Shown in pieces: positions 1 to 10,451 of a stretch of 64,000 nucleotides of DNA. The notes under the pieces are model-generated. The model made no database searches and was not told where the DNA came from. It saw only the letters and a list, made by a program, of their open reading frames with translations. A program made the translations under genes and the position numbers. The first letter of the stretch is position 1. Each line of letters opens with the position of its first letter. Origin of the DNA: Felis catus (lineage: Eukaryota); assembly GCF_018350175.1 (NCBI RefSeq), contig NC_058379.1, positions 68,324,001 through 68,388,000 on the forward strand. The letters are read 5' to 3'.

Positions 1-122
1 TGAATAACCATTAAAAAAAAGTGATTTCACAAAGGGCAATATAATGTATGGTCATTCTCTCTTAAGTAATAAATATGTATTTTTAGCATCACATAACAAT
101 AAATGTAATATTTGCATCACAC

Positions 123-352
123 TTTTTTTTTTAATTTTTTTTTCAACGTTTATTTATTTTTTGGGACAGAGAGAGACAGAGCATGAACGGGGGGGGGGGG
201 GGGCAGAGAGAGAGGGAGACACAGAATCGGAAACAGGCTCCAGGCTCCGAGCCATCAGCCCAGAGCCTGACGCGGGGCTCGAACTCCCGGACCGCGAGAT
301 CGTGACCTGGCTGAAGTCAGACGCTTAACCGACTACGCCACTCAGGCGCCCC
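123..352 (-). mobile_element. Young felid Can-SINE (SINEC_Fc type)
   Basis: Reverse complement gives the GGGGCGCCTG tRNA-derived head, TTCAGCCAGGTCACGAT diagnostics, CT-rich body and A-tail. TSD TGCATCACACTTTTTT at 113-128 and 354-369. Confidence 0.95.
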
Positions 353-363
353 ATGCATCACAC

Positions 364-549
364 TTTTTTTAAAAAGTTTATTTATTTTGAAAGTCAGCGA
401 GAGGCAGAGACAGAGGGCAAGAGAGAGAATCCCAAGCAGGCTTCGCATTGTCAGTGCAGAGTCCAATTCAGGGCTCGAACCCGTAAACCATGAGATCATG
501 ACCTGAGCCAGAGTCGGGCACTTAACCCATTGGGCAACCCAGGCACCCC
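364..549 (-). mobile_element. Older Can-SINE
   Basis: Ends CCCAGGCACCCC; contains AGAGAATCCCAAGCAGGCT and CATGAGATCATGACCTGAGCC; T-rich tail at left. Confidence 0.9.
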
Positions 550-574
550 ACTCAGCACTTCTTGTTGGACTGTG

Positions 575-672
575 CTCAGTTCTTTACATGCTCACCACAG
601 TCCTCTGATCTGGAAACTATTATTAGCCTGCTTTTTACAGATGAGGAAACTGAGGTTCGGAGAAGTTCATCT
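575..672 (-). mobile_element. MIR fragment
   Basis: TTACAGATGAGGAAACTGAGG is the MIR core in antisense. Confidence 0.8.
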
Positions 673-759
673 TACTGAGATCGAGGAGACAATATGTTTC
701 AGGTTTCCTGTATCCATGCAGTAATGAGACTATAAGGACCCATTCAGACCGGAATATTC

Positions 760-877
760 GGGGCACCTGGATGGCACGCTCGAAGAGAGGGCGACTCTTG
801 ATCTCCAGGTCATGAGTTCGAGCTCTACGTTGAGCATAGAGATGACTTAAGTGAATAAATAAAAACTTTAAAAAAAG
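760..877 (+). mobile_element. Short old Can-SINE (SINEC_b-like)
   Basis: GGGCACCTGGATGGC head, GGTCATGAGTTCGAGC B-box region, AATAAATAAAAA tail. Confidence 0.75.
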
Positions 878-1186
878 AGCTGGAACATTGAAGTCAGTGT
901 CCCTGCTGGGAGTACTCATCTTGAGAAACCGTGCAGTTATGACACAGTGCTCAGCCATGAACACGTGTTTGGGATTGTGCTCTGGGAATGTCCCACAGAT
1001 TTTGAGGCATGGATTCTTGAGAATCATTTTGATGGTAATGAGTTTTCATCCATACAGGATAAATATGGTATTTGAAAAGAACCCAAAGTGATTCAGGATA
1101 AAAGTGAATCATCTAAAAATATATTTTGACTTTTGGCTCCCACCTAGAATATAGAAAGCTAAAAAAAAAAAAAAAAAAAAAAAAAA

Positions 1187-2120
1187 AGTGTCACTCCTGC
1201 CTTAACAACAAGAAAAAAAAAAAAAAACCCAAATCTACAAAATCATGACTTTTCTGGAACTCATCGAAAAAAACTGAGGCCACAGGACCACATGATGAAC
1301 ATGAAATCTAGGGAAAGACAAAAGACAGACTCCCCCTGAGGAGAGACAGGACATGAGCACTGGCCCACCTATAACAGAACAAAGGAGGAAGACAAGGCCA
1401 CTGTAGAAGCCAAGAAGAAGCATCCAGCGAAGATGCTTGGAGACTTACCAAGTGTGACCGGCACGAGCCCGCAGATCCCCTGGGAGTTGCAGACGTAAGG
1501 GAGCTGCCACGACTCAGAAGCTCCTCTCCATAAAGCTCCACTAGGCCTTCATGGATGATTTGGGGCAAGGTGGGAGACCAGAGAAAACCTTCCTCCATGG
1601 TTCAGGGCCGGAAGAGGGGAGCGGACATGGCTGGAGGAAAGGTGTGAGACCACACCCACATCTTTCTCGAAATAAGAGACATGAAGCCACTGGGGAAGGA
1701 CAGCAGCCCTATGTTCTCTAGAGCACTGGGGAAGACACGTTGAAACGGGAGGAAAGGAAAAGACCAAAGTGTCTACTCCCAGAGGATGCAGTCCTGGCCT
1801 AACCATCAAGTCTCCTATTACTGGAAGAAGGTCAGGCTTACTAGGGAAGCCCCAATTCCAAGACAGAGAAAGCAGTGCCTACCTAAGGCTGGGGCTGAGT
1901 CCGAACGACAGAGAACCTCATTCCACACCCTCCACACCCACCACCAGGCAGGCAAGAACCAAAGAACAAGTGACACTGGTCTGGACTGGGGGAGAGGCAA
2001 GAGAATGATGAGGAGGAGGCTCCCTCTGTGCAGCAGGCATGAGGTAAAGCTGACAGTAGAGAAGAGACACAGAAAAATCTTTCTGGCACCCCAGCCCCAT
2101 CCCTTAGCACACGGTGATGC
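1187..2120 (+). mobile_element. Ancient L1M 5' region
   Basis: TTAACAACAAG..., AACTGAGGCCACAGG and GCCTACCTAAGGCTGGGGCTGAG...ACAGAGAAC resemble L1M 5'-end consensus as recalled; directly abuts an L1 ORF2 relic. Confidence 0.55.
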
Positions 2121-2134
2121 TAATCAACAGAACA

Positions 2135-2600
2135 AATAAAAAGAAAACCGGTAAAGATTTAGCAGACCTGTGCAACACTATCGACCATCTTGACCCCACT
2201 GAGTTACTAGAACATTCCAAATGATGACCTCAGAATGCACATTCTTTACAAGTGCACATGGAATATTGACTAAGATCCTCCATAAAACACACCTCAACTA
2301 ATTTAAAAGATGTGAAATCATAGAAAGTATGATCTCAGACCATATGGGATTGTACCAGAAATAGACAACAGAAAGGTGTCTGGACCATTCCCAAATATCT
2401 ATATATTGTGCACACCACGTTCAAGCAACCAAGGAGTCAAAGAAGTCACGTGAGAATTAGGAAAGAATTGGAATGGAATGGAAATGAAAACAAAACCCAT
2501 CCATTTGTGGAATGCACAGAAAGCACTTAGAGGGAAATTATAGCATGAGCTGGTCACATTAAAAGATGAAGAAAGGTCTCAATTTGAAGGAAATGGATAT
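2135..2600 (+). mobile_element. Decayed L1 ORF2 endonuclease-domain relic
   Basis: GACCTGTGCAACACTATCGACCATCTTGAC...CACATTCTTTACAAGTGCACATGGAATATT...GAAATCATAGAAAGTATGATCTCAGACCAT matches the DLNNTI..LD / TFFSSAHGTF / EII.SM.SDH motifs; frameshifted. Confidence 0.85.
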
Positions 2601-2635
2601 CTTAATAATGAGCATCTCAGTGCATTTATTTAGGT

Positions 2636-2847
2636 TTTCTTTCTTTATTTTTTTTTACATGTATTTATTTTTTGAGAGAGCACAAGTGAGGGAGGGGCAG
2701 AGAGAGAAGGAGACACAGAATCCAAAGCAGGGTCCAGGCTCTGAGCTGTCAGCACGGAGCCCTACAGGGGGCTCAAACTCACAAACCGTGAGATCATGAC
2801 CTGATCCGAAGTCGGACACTTAACCGACTGAGCCACCCAGGCATCCC
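2636..2847 (-). mobile_element. Can-SINE (SINEC_Fc-like)
   Basis: Full antisense body ending GAGCCACCCAGGCATCCC. Confidence 0.92.
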
Positions 2848-3374
2848 TAAAATTTCTAAAATAGAGGTCTTCATGTCTTACCATTAAGTTTTGAGTTTAA
2901 AAACAACAACAACAACAACACAAATGACCTTTAAGCATAAAATAGAGCTTTTGTTTTAATATGGAGTGTATTCTGATTCAAATAAAAAATACAGATTCAC
3001 CTATTTGTTTTATCAAAAAATATTCAAATAGCCACTAGAAGTGAGGCATTGTCAGTTGCTACTTATCCAAGAGGCAGAGCAGATTACCAGCCCCTTGAAG
3101 GCAGGAGAGTGTCTCTTTGACCTGATTTGAACAACCCTGAGTAGATTTTCCTACCTGGATGGGGCTCCCACGGAAGCATTTTAAAAGACTGATTATACCT
3201 CTTAGCTAAGCTTTCTTGTCCTTCAAGACTCTGCTCAAGTGACACCTTGTCTAAGAAATTGTCTCCAATGACAGCCTGTCATCCATGCCCAGCTAGAGCC
3301 TTACGTGTCTCCCATGACACCCTGTGTTTACCTTTATCTAAACTAGTGATTGGGGTTGGGGGTGGGGGTTGTGA

Positions 3375-3800
3375 GTAACAGACTTGAGACATAGTAACTT
3401 AAACCCTCACTCACAGAAAAAACTGCCTGAAGGCAGGCAGTCTGGTGCTGGCATGGCTCCACAAAGTGATCCATTCATTCCCTCCTCTTGCTTGCTTTCT
3501 TTTTTTCCCCCCTAACGTCTATTTATTTATTTAGAGAGAGCGCGTGCGCATGCGCACGTGAGCAGGGGAGGGACAGAGGGAGAATCCCAAGCAGGCTCCG
3601 CACAGCGTGGAGCCCCCAGCAGGACTCGATCTCACAAACCGTGGAGTCATGACCTGAGCCAAAATCAAGAGTCGGAAGCTTACCCATCCGAGCCATCCAG
3701 GCGCCCAGGTCCCTCCTCTTTCTGCTCCAACATCCTCCCTGCATGATTTTCACCCTCAAGGTCACCACCTGATCCAAAATGGCAGCTGGAAATGCAGCCT
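3375..3800 (-). mobile_element. MLT1 (J/K-like) MaLR LTR fragment interrupted by a SINE
   Basis: GGCAGGCAGTCTGGTGCTGGCATGGCTCC and CTCAAGGTCACC...CCAAAATGGCAGCTG resemble old MLT1 LTR in antisense. Confidence 0.55.
3492..3706 (-). mobile_element. Can-SINE
   Basis: Antisense body ending CATCCAGGCGCCC, flanked by direct repeat TCCCTCCTCTT. Confidence 0.9.
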
Positions 3801-4179
3801 TCTGGTCCACCTTGCAGACACCAGGAGGGGCCAAGGTACCAAAAATCCATTGCACCCTTTGTGCGGTCTTCCCCGGGCACCCCACACAGCGTGTCCACGT
3901 GTATCTCTTTGGTCAGAAGCTAATCTGGGGCCCACACATGGGTAAAGAAAGCTTGGAGGTATAACCTCTGCCCTGGGTAGCAGTGTTCCCAGCTAAGTGT
4001 CAGGATTCTGTTACTCCCCGCAGGAGAAAATGGATACAGATAGGCATCGGGAAGTTCCTGCCAGCCGCCCTTAGTACACCATGTTATAACTGCCTGGTTG
4101 TCTGCCTGTGTCACAGAAGCACATATCCTGAGTGCCTAGAGCAGTACCTGGCATACAGAAGGCACTGGAAAAAATTTTT

Positions 4180-4420
4180 CACTTTTGTATTGAGGTTTAT
4201 CACACATACACAAGTGCACTGACCTTAAGTGTATGTGTATCTCAAAGAATTTTCCGCGTGTGTAACCACCACCCCAGTCAAGATGCAGTCCATTTCCATG
4301 ACTGCAGACAGTTCCTTCCCACCCCTCCCAGTTAACTCCTCCCACAGGTGACCATTTCTGACTTTTCCCGCCCCACTTACCTGTTTTACCTGATCTTGAA
4401 CTGCATATAAATGGAATCAC
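4180..4420 (-). mobile_element. L1M (MB/MC/ME) 3' UTR fragment
   Basis: GTGTAACCACCACCCCAGTCAAGAT and CTTGAACTGCATATAAATGGAATCA are typical antisense L1M 3' motifs. Confidence 0.75.
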
Positions 4421-4659
4421 GTGACGTTTTAACCAACTCTCTAGGAGTTCCTAGAGTTGCACGCAATCCAGATTTTCTGTGTTAGTCTTCATTTCAAGTA
4501 GCCTGTGGTTATAAAAACATTCTTACCTTTTAGAATATTAGGTTCCTATCTGACATACTCAAATGCTGTCAGTAGGCAGGATATAGTTTAATTCCCTTTG
4601 GCCTGCGATGCTTCCCACAATGAAGTTGTCTCGTTTGATCTCCTTTTTACGTGACATAT

Positions 4660-5230
4660 TTCTTAAAATGTCACCGCCAACCAGAAGCCCTCTGGTGCAT
4701 TTTCAGGAGTGCCCGGGCGCTCAACACGCAGTCGATGGGGCTGGTATAGACAGTGGGACATAAACAAAACCTGGCGACAGAGACAAACAGATTCCAGGCT
4801 GGCCATCTGGGACACCTGCAGCTGGCCCAGCGTGATGCCGCGTGCCCGTCCAAACTGCCCAGCTGGAGGCTTCTCTGCCTCTGCCACTCCCACCATTGAC
4901 AAGAAGGCATCGCCCTCCTCGCTGGCCATCAAGCTCATTCTCTATTGGTCAGAAACAGTGACGCGGGCCCAGATTTGTTCATCGGGCCCGGCAGGACATG
5001 GCCAAAGCTTGGCAGAAGTGTAAGCGGCCGACGAAAGGTTGTCAGAGCCGGGCCTGACGGGAAGGCAGTGCCTCTTTATAGCAGAAGCGGAACGTCTCCC
5101 CCGTGGATGAACACGTCCCCATTCTTCCCGAAACTACCTCAGAAAGTTTGTCCTGTCACCCGTCAGGCTTTGGGCTACAACCAGGAAGTTGACTGGAACA
5201 AGGGGCGGGAGGAGGGGACAGGAGGGAGAG
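4660..5230 (-). promoter_or_regulatory. Orphan CpG-enriched patch with candidate minus-strand core promoter
   Basis: About 28 CpG in ~550 bp by hand count. TATAAAG on - strand (5080-5074), CCAGGAAGT ETS motif 5181-5189, GGGGCGGGA GC box 5202-5210. No repeat similarity recognised. Confidence 0.4.
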
Positions 5231-5343
5231 AGGGCATAGGCGGCCGTGAGGGTGCAATCATTCTTATTAAGGTGGGGCAATGTGGACCTGTGGCAATGAT
5301 GCCATTGTAGCCAGGGTGCTGGCTTCCCTCTTCCCTTCAGCCC

Positions 5344-5400
5344 TAGCATGCCCTCCAGCATGCCCCAGCATGCCTCCAGCGTCCCTCCAGCATGCCCCAG
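5344..5400. repeat. Minisatellite of ~10-12 bp CAGCATGCC(C/T) units
   Basis: TAGCATGCCC-TC-CAGCATGCCC-CAGCATGCCT-C-CAGCGTCCC-TC-CAGCATGCCC read directly. Confidence 0.9.
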
Positions 5401-5932
5401 CAGATCCCTGGAGGACAGAGCCCAAGCCCTAGCCTCCAGCTCCAGGGCTCCCAGGTGATTATTGAGAGGCAGCCCAGCTCACCACCCAGGGCACAGTGGT
5501 AAATGGCAGGCTGGATCTTCTATTCCAGATACTTCTCCTGGCCTGGTCCCGAGGCTCCCCACCCCCCACCCCATCATTCTTTCTTCCTTTTACATGTTCT
5601 AGGGCCACAACTCAATTCAGCCTTATAGAGTGAGGTTGGGAAGAACTTGCCCTGGAGTCATCCCCCCCAAAGGGCACTCACTGGACTGGACTCAGGGGGC
5701 CATGCCACTCAACGGGTAGCTTCCCCTCTGGATTCGTATGCAGAGAAGTACGGTTTATCCACACTTGAGCAACAGTGTGTGAATGCCTCAGAAGGGGTCC
5801 AGATGGGCCACAACACAAAGATCTTAAGGGAGATAGAGGGTACTTGGCTTGTCTCACAAGTGACTCACTCTCCTAAGTTCAACCCGGGTAATTCTCTGCA
5901 CTTCTCTCACCAAAGATGAAAGAAAAAAGTTG

Positions 5933-6170
5933 TGTTTTTTTTTTTTTTTTTAATGTTTATGTATGTATTTTTGAGAGACAGAGAAAGAGAGTGTGCATAA
6001 GCAGGGGAGGGGCAGAGAGAGTGGGGGGGGTGGGGACACAGAATCCGAAGCGGGCTCCAGGCTCTGAGCTGTGAGCGCAGAACTTGATGCGGGGCTCGAA
6101 CCCACGAACCGTGAGATGGTGACCTGAGCTGAAGCTGGATGCTCAACTGACTGAGCCACCCAGGCGCCCC
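5933..6170 (-). mobile_element. Can-SINE (SINEC_Fc-like)
   Basis: T-tail, GACACAGAATCCGAAGCGGGCTCCAGGCTCTGAGCTG body, ends CAGGCGCCCC. Confidence 0.93.
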
Positions 6171-6249
6171 AGGAAAAGAAGTCTGTTATCTCCTCAAGGG
6201 TATTTGAAAACAGCACAGTGCAGCTCACCATTCAAGACTCCTCAAACCC

Positions 6250-6639
6250 TGTTATGGGCTGAAGTGTGTCCCCCCCCACCCCAACACCCCCTTCCCATTC
6301 ATATGCTGAAGTCNNNNNNNNNNNNNNNNNNNNNNNNNNNNNNNNNNNNNNNNNNNNNNNNNNNNNNNNNNNNNNNNNNNNNNNNNNNNNNNNNNNNNNN
6401 NNNNNNNNNNNNNNNNNNNNNNNNNNNNNNNNNNNNNNNNNNNNNNNNNNNNNNNNNNNCACTCAGAGGGAAGACATAGGAAGAAGATGATAAGCCAAGG
6501 GGAGAAGCCTCAGAAGAAACCAACCCTGCTGGCACCTTGACCTTGGACTTTCAGCTTCCAGAACCGCAAGGAAATACATTTCTGGTGTTCAAGCCACTTA
6601 GTCTGTGATACTTTGCTATGGCAGCCCTAGAGAGCCGAT
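6250..6639 (+). mobile_element. MLT1A/B/C MaLR solo LTR with central assembly gap
   Basis: Starts TGTTATGGGCTGAA; contains AAGCCAAGG...GAAGAAACCAACCCTGCTGGCACCTTGA and ends TTTGCTATGGCAGCCCTAG. Confidence 0.88.
6314..6459. other. Assembly gap (146 N)
   Basis: Run of n. Confidence 1.
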
Positions 6640-7016
6640 ATAAACCCTATCTCCTGTACGAACCTTTTTTTGTTGTTGTTATGTACCAATGTTCGGTTAT
6701 AATTATGACAAATCTCTACTTTTTCTAAAACCCTGTATCACATAGCAGTCTCCACTAAACTTTTTCCTGGCACATTTCCATGCAAACATCTCTCCTGCAT
6801 GAGAAAACGCCCCCATTCCACTGGAGACCCGCCCCAGAAAGTTTTGTCCCATGCGTCTGCGTAGAAACAGTAGCTCCCTCTCCTGGTAATTCCAACTATG
6901 AGGCCTGTATCATTCTGGGGGAAGGGTGAGTGTGCTTCACCATAGCGCCCTGGATGAGTTTGGTTTACTGCCTCCAAGTTGCAAATCATTGTTATACAGT
7001 TTAAAACAAACAGTTA

Positions 7017-7230
7017 GGGGCACCTGGGTGGCTCAGTCGGTTAAGTGTCCGACTTCGGCTCAGGTCATGCTCTCACGGTTCGCGGGTTCGAGCTCCCCGT
7101 CGGGCTCTGTGCTGACAGCTCGGAGCCTGGAGCCTGCTTCTGATTCTGGGAGTCCCTCTCTCTCTGCCCGTCCCCTGCTCACGCTCTGTCTGTCTCAAAA
7201 ATAAAATAAACATCAAAAATAATTTTAAAA
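7017..7230 (+). mobile_element. Can-SINE (SINEC_Fc-like)
   Basis: GGGGCACCTGGGTGGCTCAGTCGGTTAAG head, CT-rich body, A-rich tail. Confidence 0.95.
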
Positions 7231-7304
7231 GAAACAACAGTAAAACACTTGTTATATTCTTCTTTGTCTTCTGTACTATTTGTTTAGGTGCACAAAGTTC
7301 ATCT

Positions 7305-7620
7305 TCCTGCCTCTGGATTCCCAAAAAGCAGAGCCTGAGACAAGGGCTGTATTCAGGTATCTTAGAACAGGGCCCCAGGAAGTAAAAGCGAGGGACCGGG
7401 GAGCAAAGCTGAGCCAAGAGAGAGTCAACATAAAGTGGCATTATGGACTTGCTGACTTTTGTGGGTGATTACCCACGAGTTCATTTGGGAAGCCGTACGA
7501 GACATGTCTGGGACTGTACCTCTGGGTAAAGGAGGAGGAAGGCATTTATTTACTGGCTCCCAGCCACCACCGGTCATTTCTGTTCCATGGGGAGGGTGCT
7601 AACTTGCCTGGCTTCCCCAT
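7305..7620. mobile_element. ERVL LTR33-like fragment
   Basis: AAGCAGAGCCTGAGACAAGG and GCATTTATTTACTGGCTCCCA resemble the LTR33 family as recalled. Confidence 0.45.
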
Positions 7621-8316
7621 TGTGTATACACCCCAGGCACAGGCACTGAGTGGGTTCCCATGAGCCCCAAGTGGCTATATCCGAGCAGTCCTAGAACAAG
7701 AAGTGAGATGAATGAACAGGGCTGTCCAAAGGGTATGCAGTGCCTTGGACAGATAGTTGTTGTAGGGCTCCAACTACAAAAACAATCTGATTTCAAAGTC
7801 TATTACAAATTTCATAGGCCTCCAGGAAATACAGTGATTTGCGGATGACAATTTAGAGTAATGGGCAGAAAATAGGTACTTACATGTTTCTTTATTGTCC
7901 TATCAATAAGTGTGAACTGTTTTGCGGTGTCCAGGCACTGCCTCTTCCTGTTCAGGACCATGAACTCTCTCTTCCTGTTCGTTCCTGACTAATCATAATT
8001 GTGAGAAAAAGGTAGCAACCCTGTTATTACTTGTGATGCCACTGACTCCGTGGAACCTGTTTGCATCGACACAATATAGACCTTCTTGCCTGTGCAGTTC
8101 CTTAATTCCATGTATTTAATGCTGGTTCCATCATTATTCATGATGGTGCATCAGCGTGGAGCCACCTGTGAATACCGGCTCACAGGGACTCTCTGCAGGG
8201 TTGTTCAAAGGCTTCATTGAGGTGACCATAAATTCACGGCTCACTCAGAGTATGCACGGAAATGTCCATGTAAACCCATTTCCTGGACACGCATGTTCAA
8301 TTTGTCCTTCTAACTT

Positions 8317-8538
8317 AAAAAAATTTTTTTTTTCATTTATGTTTATTTATTTCTGAGAGACAATGAGACAGAGCATGAGCGGAGGCGGGGCAGAGAGAGG
8401 AGACACAGAATCCAAAGCGGGCTCCAGGCTCTGGGCTGTCAGCACAGAGCCCGATGCGGGGCTCGAACTCCTGAAAATGCGAGATCATGACCTGAGCCGA
8501 AGCCGGACGCTCAACCGACTGAGCCACCCAGGCACCCC
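8317..8538 (-). mobile_element. Can-SINE with perfect 14 bp TSD
   Basis: TGTCCTTCTAACTT at 8303-8316 and 8539-8552. Confidence 0.96.
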
Positions 8539-8964
8539 TGTCCTTCTAACTTTTATAAGTAAATAGGACAGCACGTCTTCCAACCGTGTCCTCCCTGAAC
8601 TCGTAGGGCCCTGATCTCTGCATCCCAGAGGGTAACCTCTTTGTTGCGTCCCCTGTTCCCTGCCTTCCGTTGCTTGCCATCGAACGGAGAAAATTGGGAA
8701 GACTGTGGAGGAAAACTAAGGAGAGTGGGACAGTTTCCACAAGGAGCGCCTGTCTCTCACTCAGCAAGGCCTCAGAGTCACCTGGGAGGGCGTGATGTCA
8801 CTACATCCATCAGAAGGGCTCATTGGCGATGAGGGCAGGGGTCTGGAAGTCGGAAGGGCCATCCCAGAGGACTGCCTTGTTGGAACCAAAGCGGAGATGG
8901 GCCCTGACGTAACCCCGCAGGCTTAAGTCCTCGAGCCTTGGGATAGCTAGCTGACCCCCTTGCG

Positions 8965-9064
8965 TGGTGCACGTGTACGTTACCATCTGTGAGTATGTGT
9001 ATGTGAGTGAGTGTGAGTGTTGTGTGTGCAGATGTGAGTGTGCACGTGTGTATGGTGTATTTAC

Positions 9065-9100
<36 letters not shown>
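8965..9100. repeat. Compound (TG)n microsatellite
   Basis: Degenerate TG/TA/CA array ending in a pure (GT)n run. Confidence 0.95.
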
Positions 9101-9101
<1 letters not shown>

Positions 9102-9894
9102 CACCATGGGAGACAGCAGGCCCCAGGCCGATGCGGGCTGTAACCCAGTTTGGGGAGCACTACGAAAGCTTCCTGGACGGAGAGAGCCCGGTGGGCACAC
9201 CCTGAGGCCTGGACCAGAGGCACAGGTCCCGCGTGCCTGGACCCCGGGGTGGTACCGGGTGTTGGCGGGGACTGAGGTGGCACACTGCTGGCTTGGTGCC
9301 ACAGGAAGCTGGTCAGAGCCCTTTGGAAGCGGTCGCGCCGGCAATGGCTCCAGGAAGAGGCAGCGAGGCTTAGGCGACCTGCTCCTGTGCACGGGAGGGC
9401 CTGAAAACCGCCACGAGGGGTCATACTCCCTAAGGATAAGGGCCTTGTCTACTCATTTTCCTATCTGCCTCACGGCCTGCAGCGCAAGACTGAGGACTTA
9501 ACAATAAGCCTCTCAGTAAACATTTCAATTTATTCCACCAGTCATCGAGAAATGTTTGCGGAGGGCCTGCCTCGTGTATGCAAAGCAACACGAGGCTTCG
9601 TGAGGAGTAAAAGGAAACACACGACACGGTCCCGGGCTACGGGGACACTGGGTTAGCTGATTGTTCTGTTGAAGGACGCAGCCAGGAGTCCATCCCCTTC
9701 CCTAAGGGGCTTGGGAAGTGGCTTCTCAGTCAGCTCAGGCTGCGGTAACAAAACACCACAGACCAGGGGTCACAAACACTCAGCCCATAGCAAGTGCCCA
9801 TTATATATTAGGGACTCAATAAATATTTGCAGGAAGAACAAATGTTCATATTTGGAGCTTCAGACGACCCTGTTCAGAGAGAGTATGGACTTCT

Positions 9895-10105
9895 GGGGCA
9901 TCCGGGTAGCTCAGTCAGTTGAGCATCTGACTTCAGCCGATCTCGCAGTTCACGAGTTCGAGTCCCACGTCAGGCTTTGTGCTGACAGCTCAGAGCCTGG
10001 AGTCTGCTTCAGATTCTGTCTCCCTCTCTCTCTGCCCCATCCCCACTCATGCTCTCTCTCTGTCTTAAAAATAAATAAAACGTTAAAAAAAATTTAGAAA
10101 AAAAT
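9895..10105 (+). mobile_element. Can-SINE (SINEC_Fc-like)
   Basis: GGGGCATCCGGGTAGCTCAG head; AAAATAAATAAAACGTTAAAA tail. Confidence 0.93.
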
Positions 10106-10451
10106 ACCAGGTGACTGAAGACGTCTGCCTGAAGGCACCCTCTGCCCACGGCTAGGCTTTGTCCTTCTCTGCCCGGAGAACCCCGGTTCTTGGGGAACAC
10201 ACTGAATGCCTTTCTCCTCACCCTGCCCCCCTCAAGACTGACTGGGAGTTTTGAGGAGGAGGTAGTCAGAGCCACTCTGAAAGGGCCACTCTAGAAAGCT
10301 CTGTCGAAAAATGATACTACCTTTCTTATTGCTTACAAAAGAAATCGATATTTTGATTCCGCCATTAGAAATAAGACGTAAAATGCCAATGTCACTGATT
10401 AGGCTAATCTGAGGCTCTACACGAATCATTTATAATCACAATCTTAGAAGT

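Noticed and set aside
4663-4938. 91 aa minus-strand ORF as a processed pseudogene
   Set aside because: No poly-A tail, no TSD and no recognisable parent protein; retained only as part of the promoter-like finding.
7017-7100. tRNA-like A/B boxes here and in other SINE heads
   Set aside because: They are tRNA-derived SINE promoters followed by SINE body and A-tail; no cloverleaf tRNA gene was found.
8810-9501. 164-204 aa ORFs with HTHT/VCVC runs
   Set aside because: Products of the (TG)n microsatellite and GC-rich flank, not genes.
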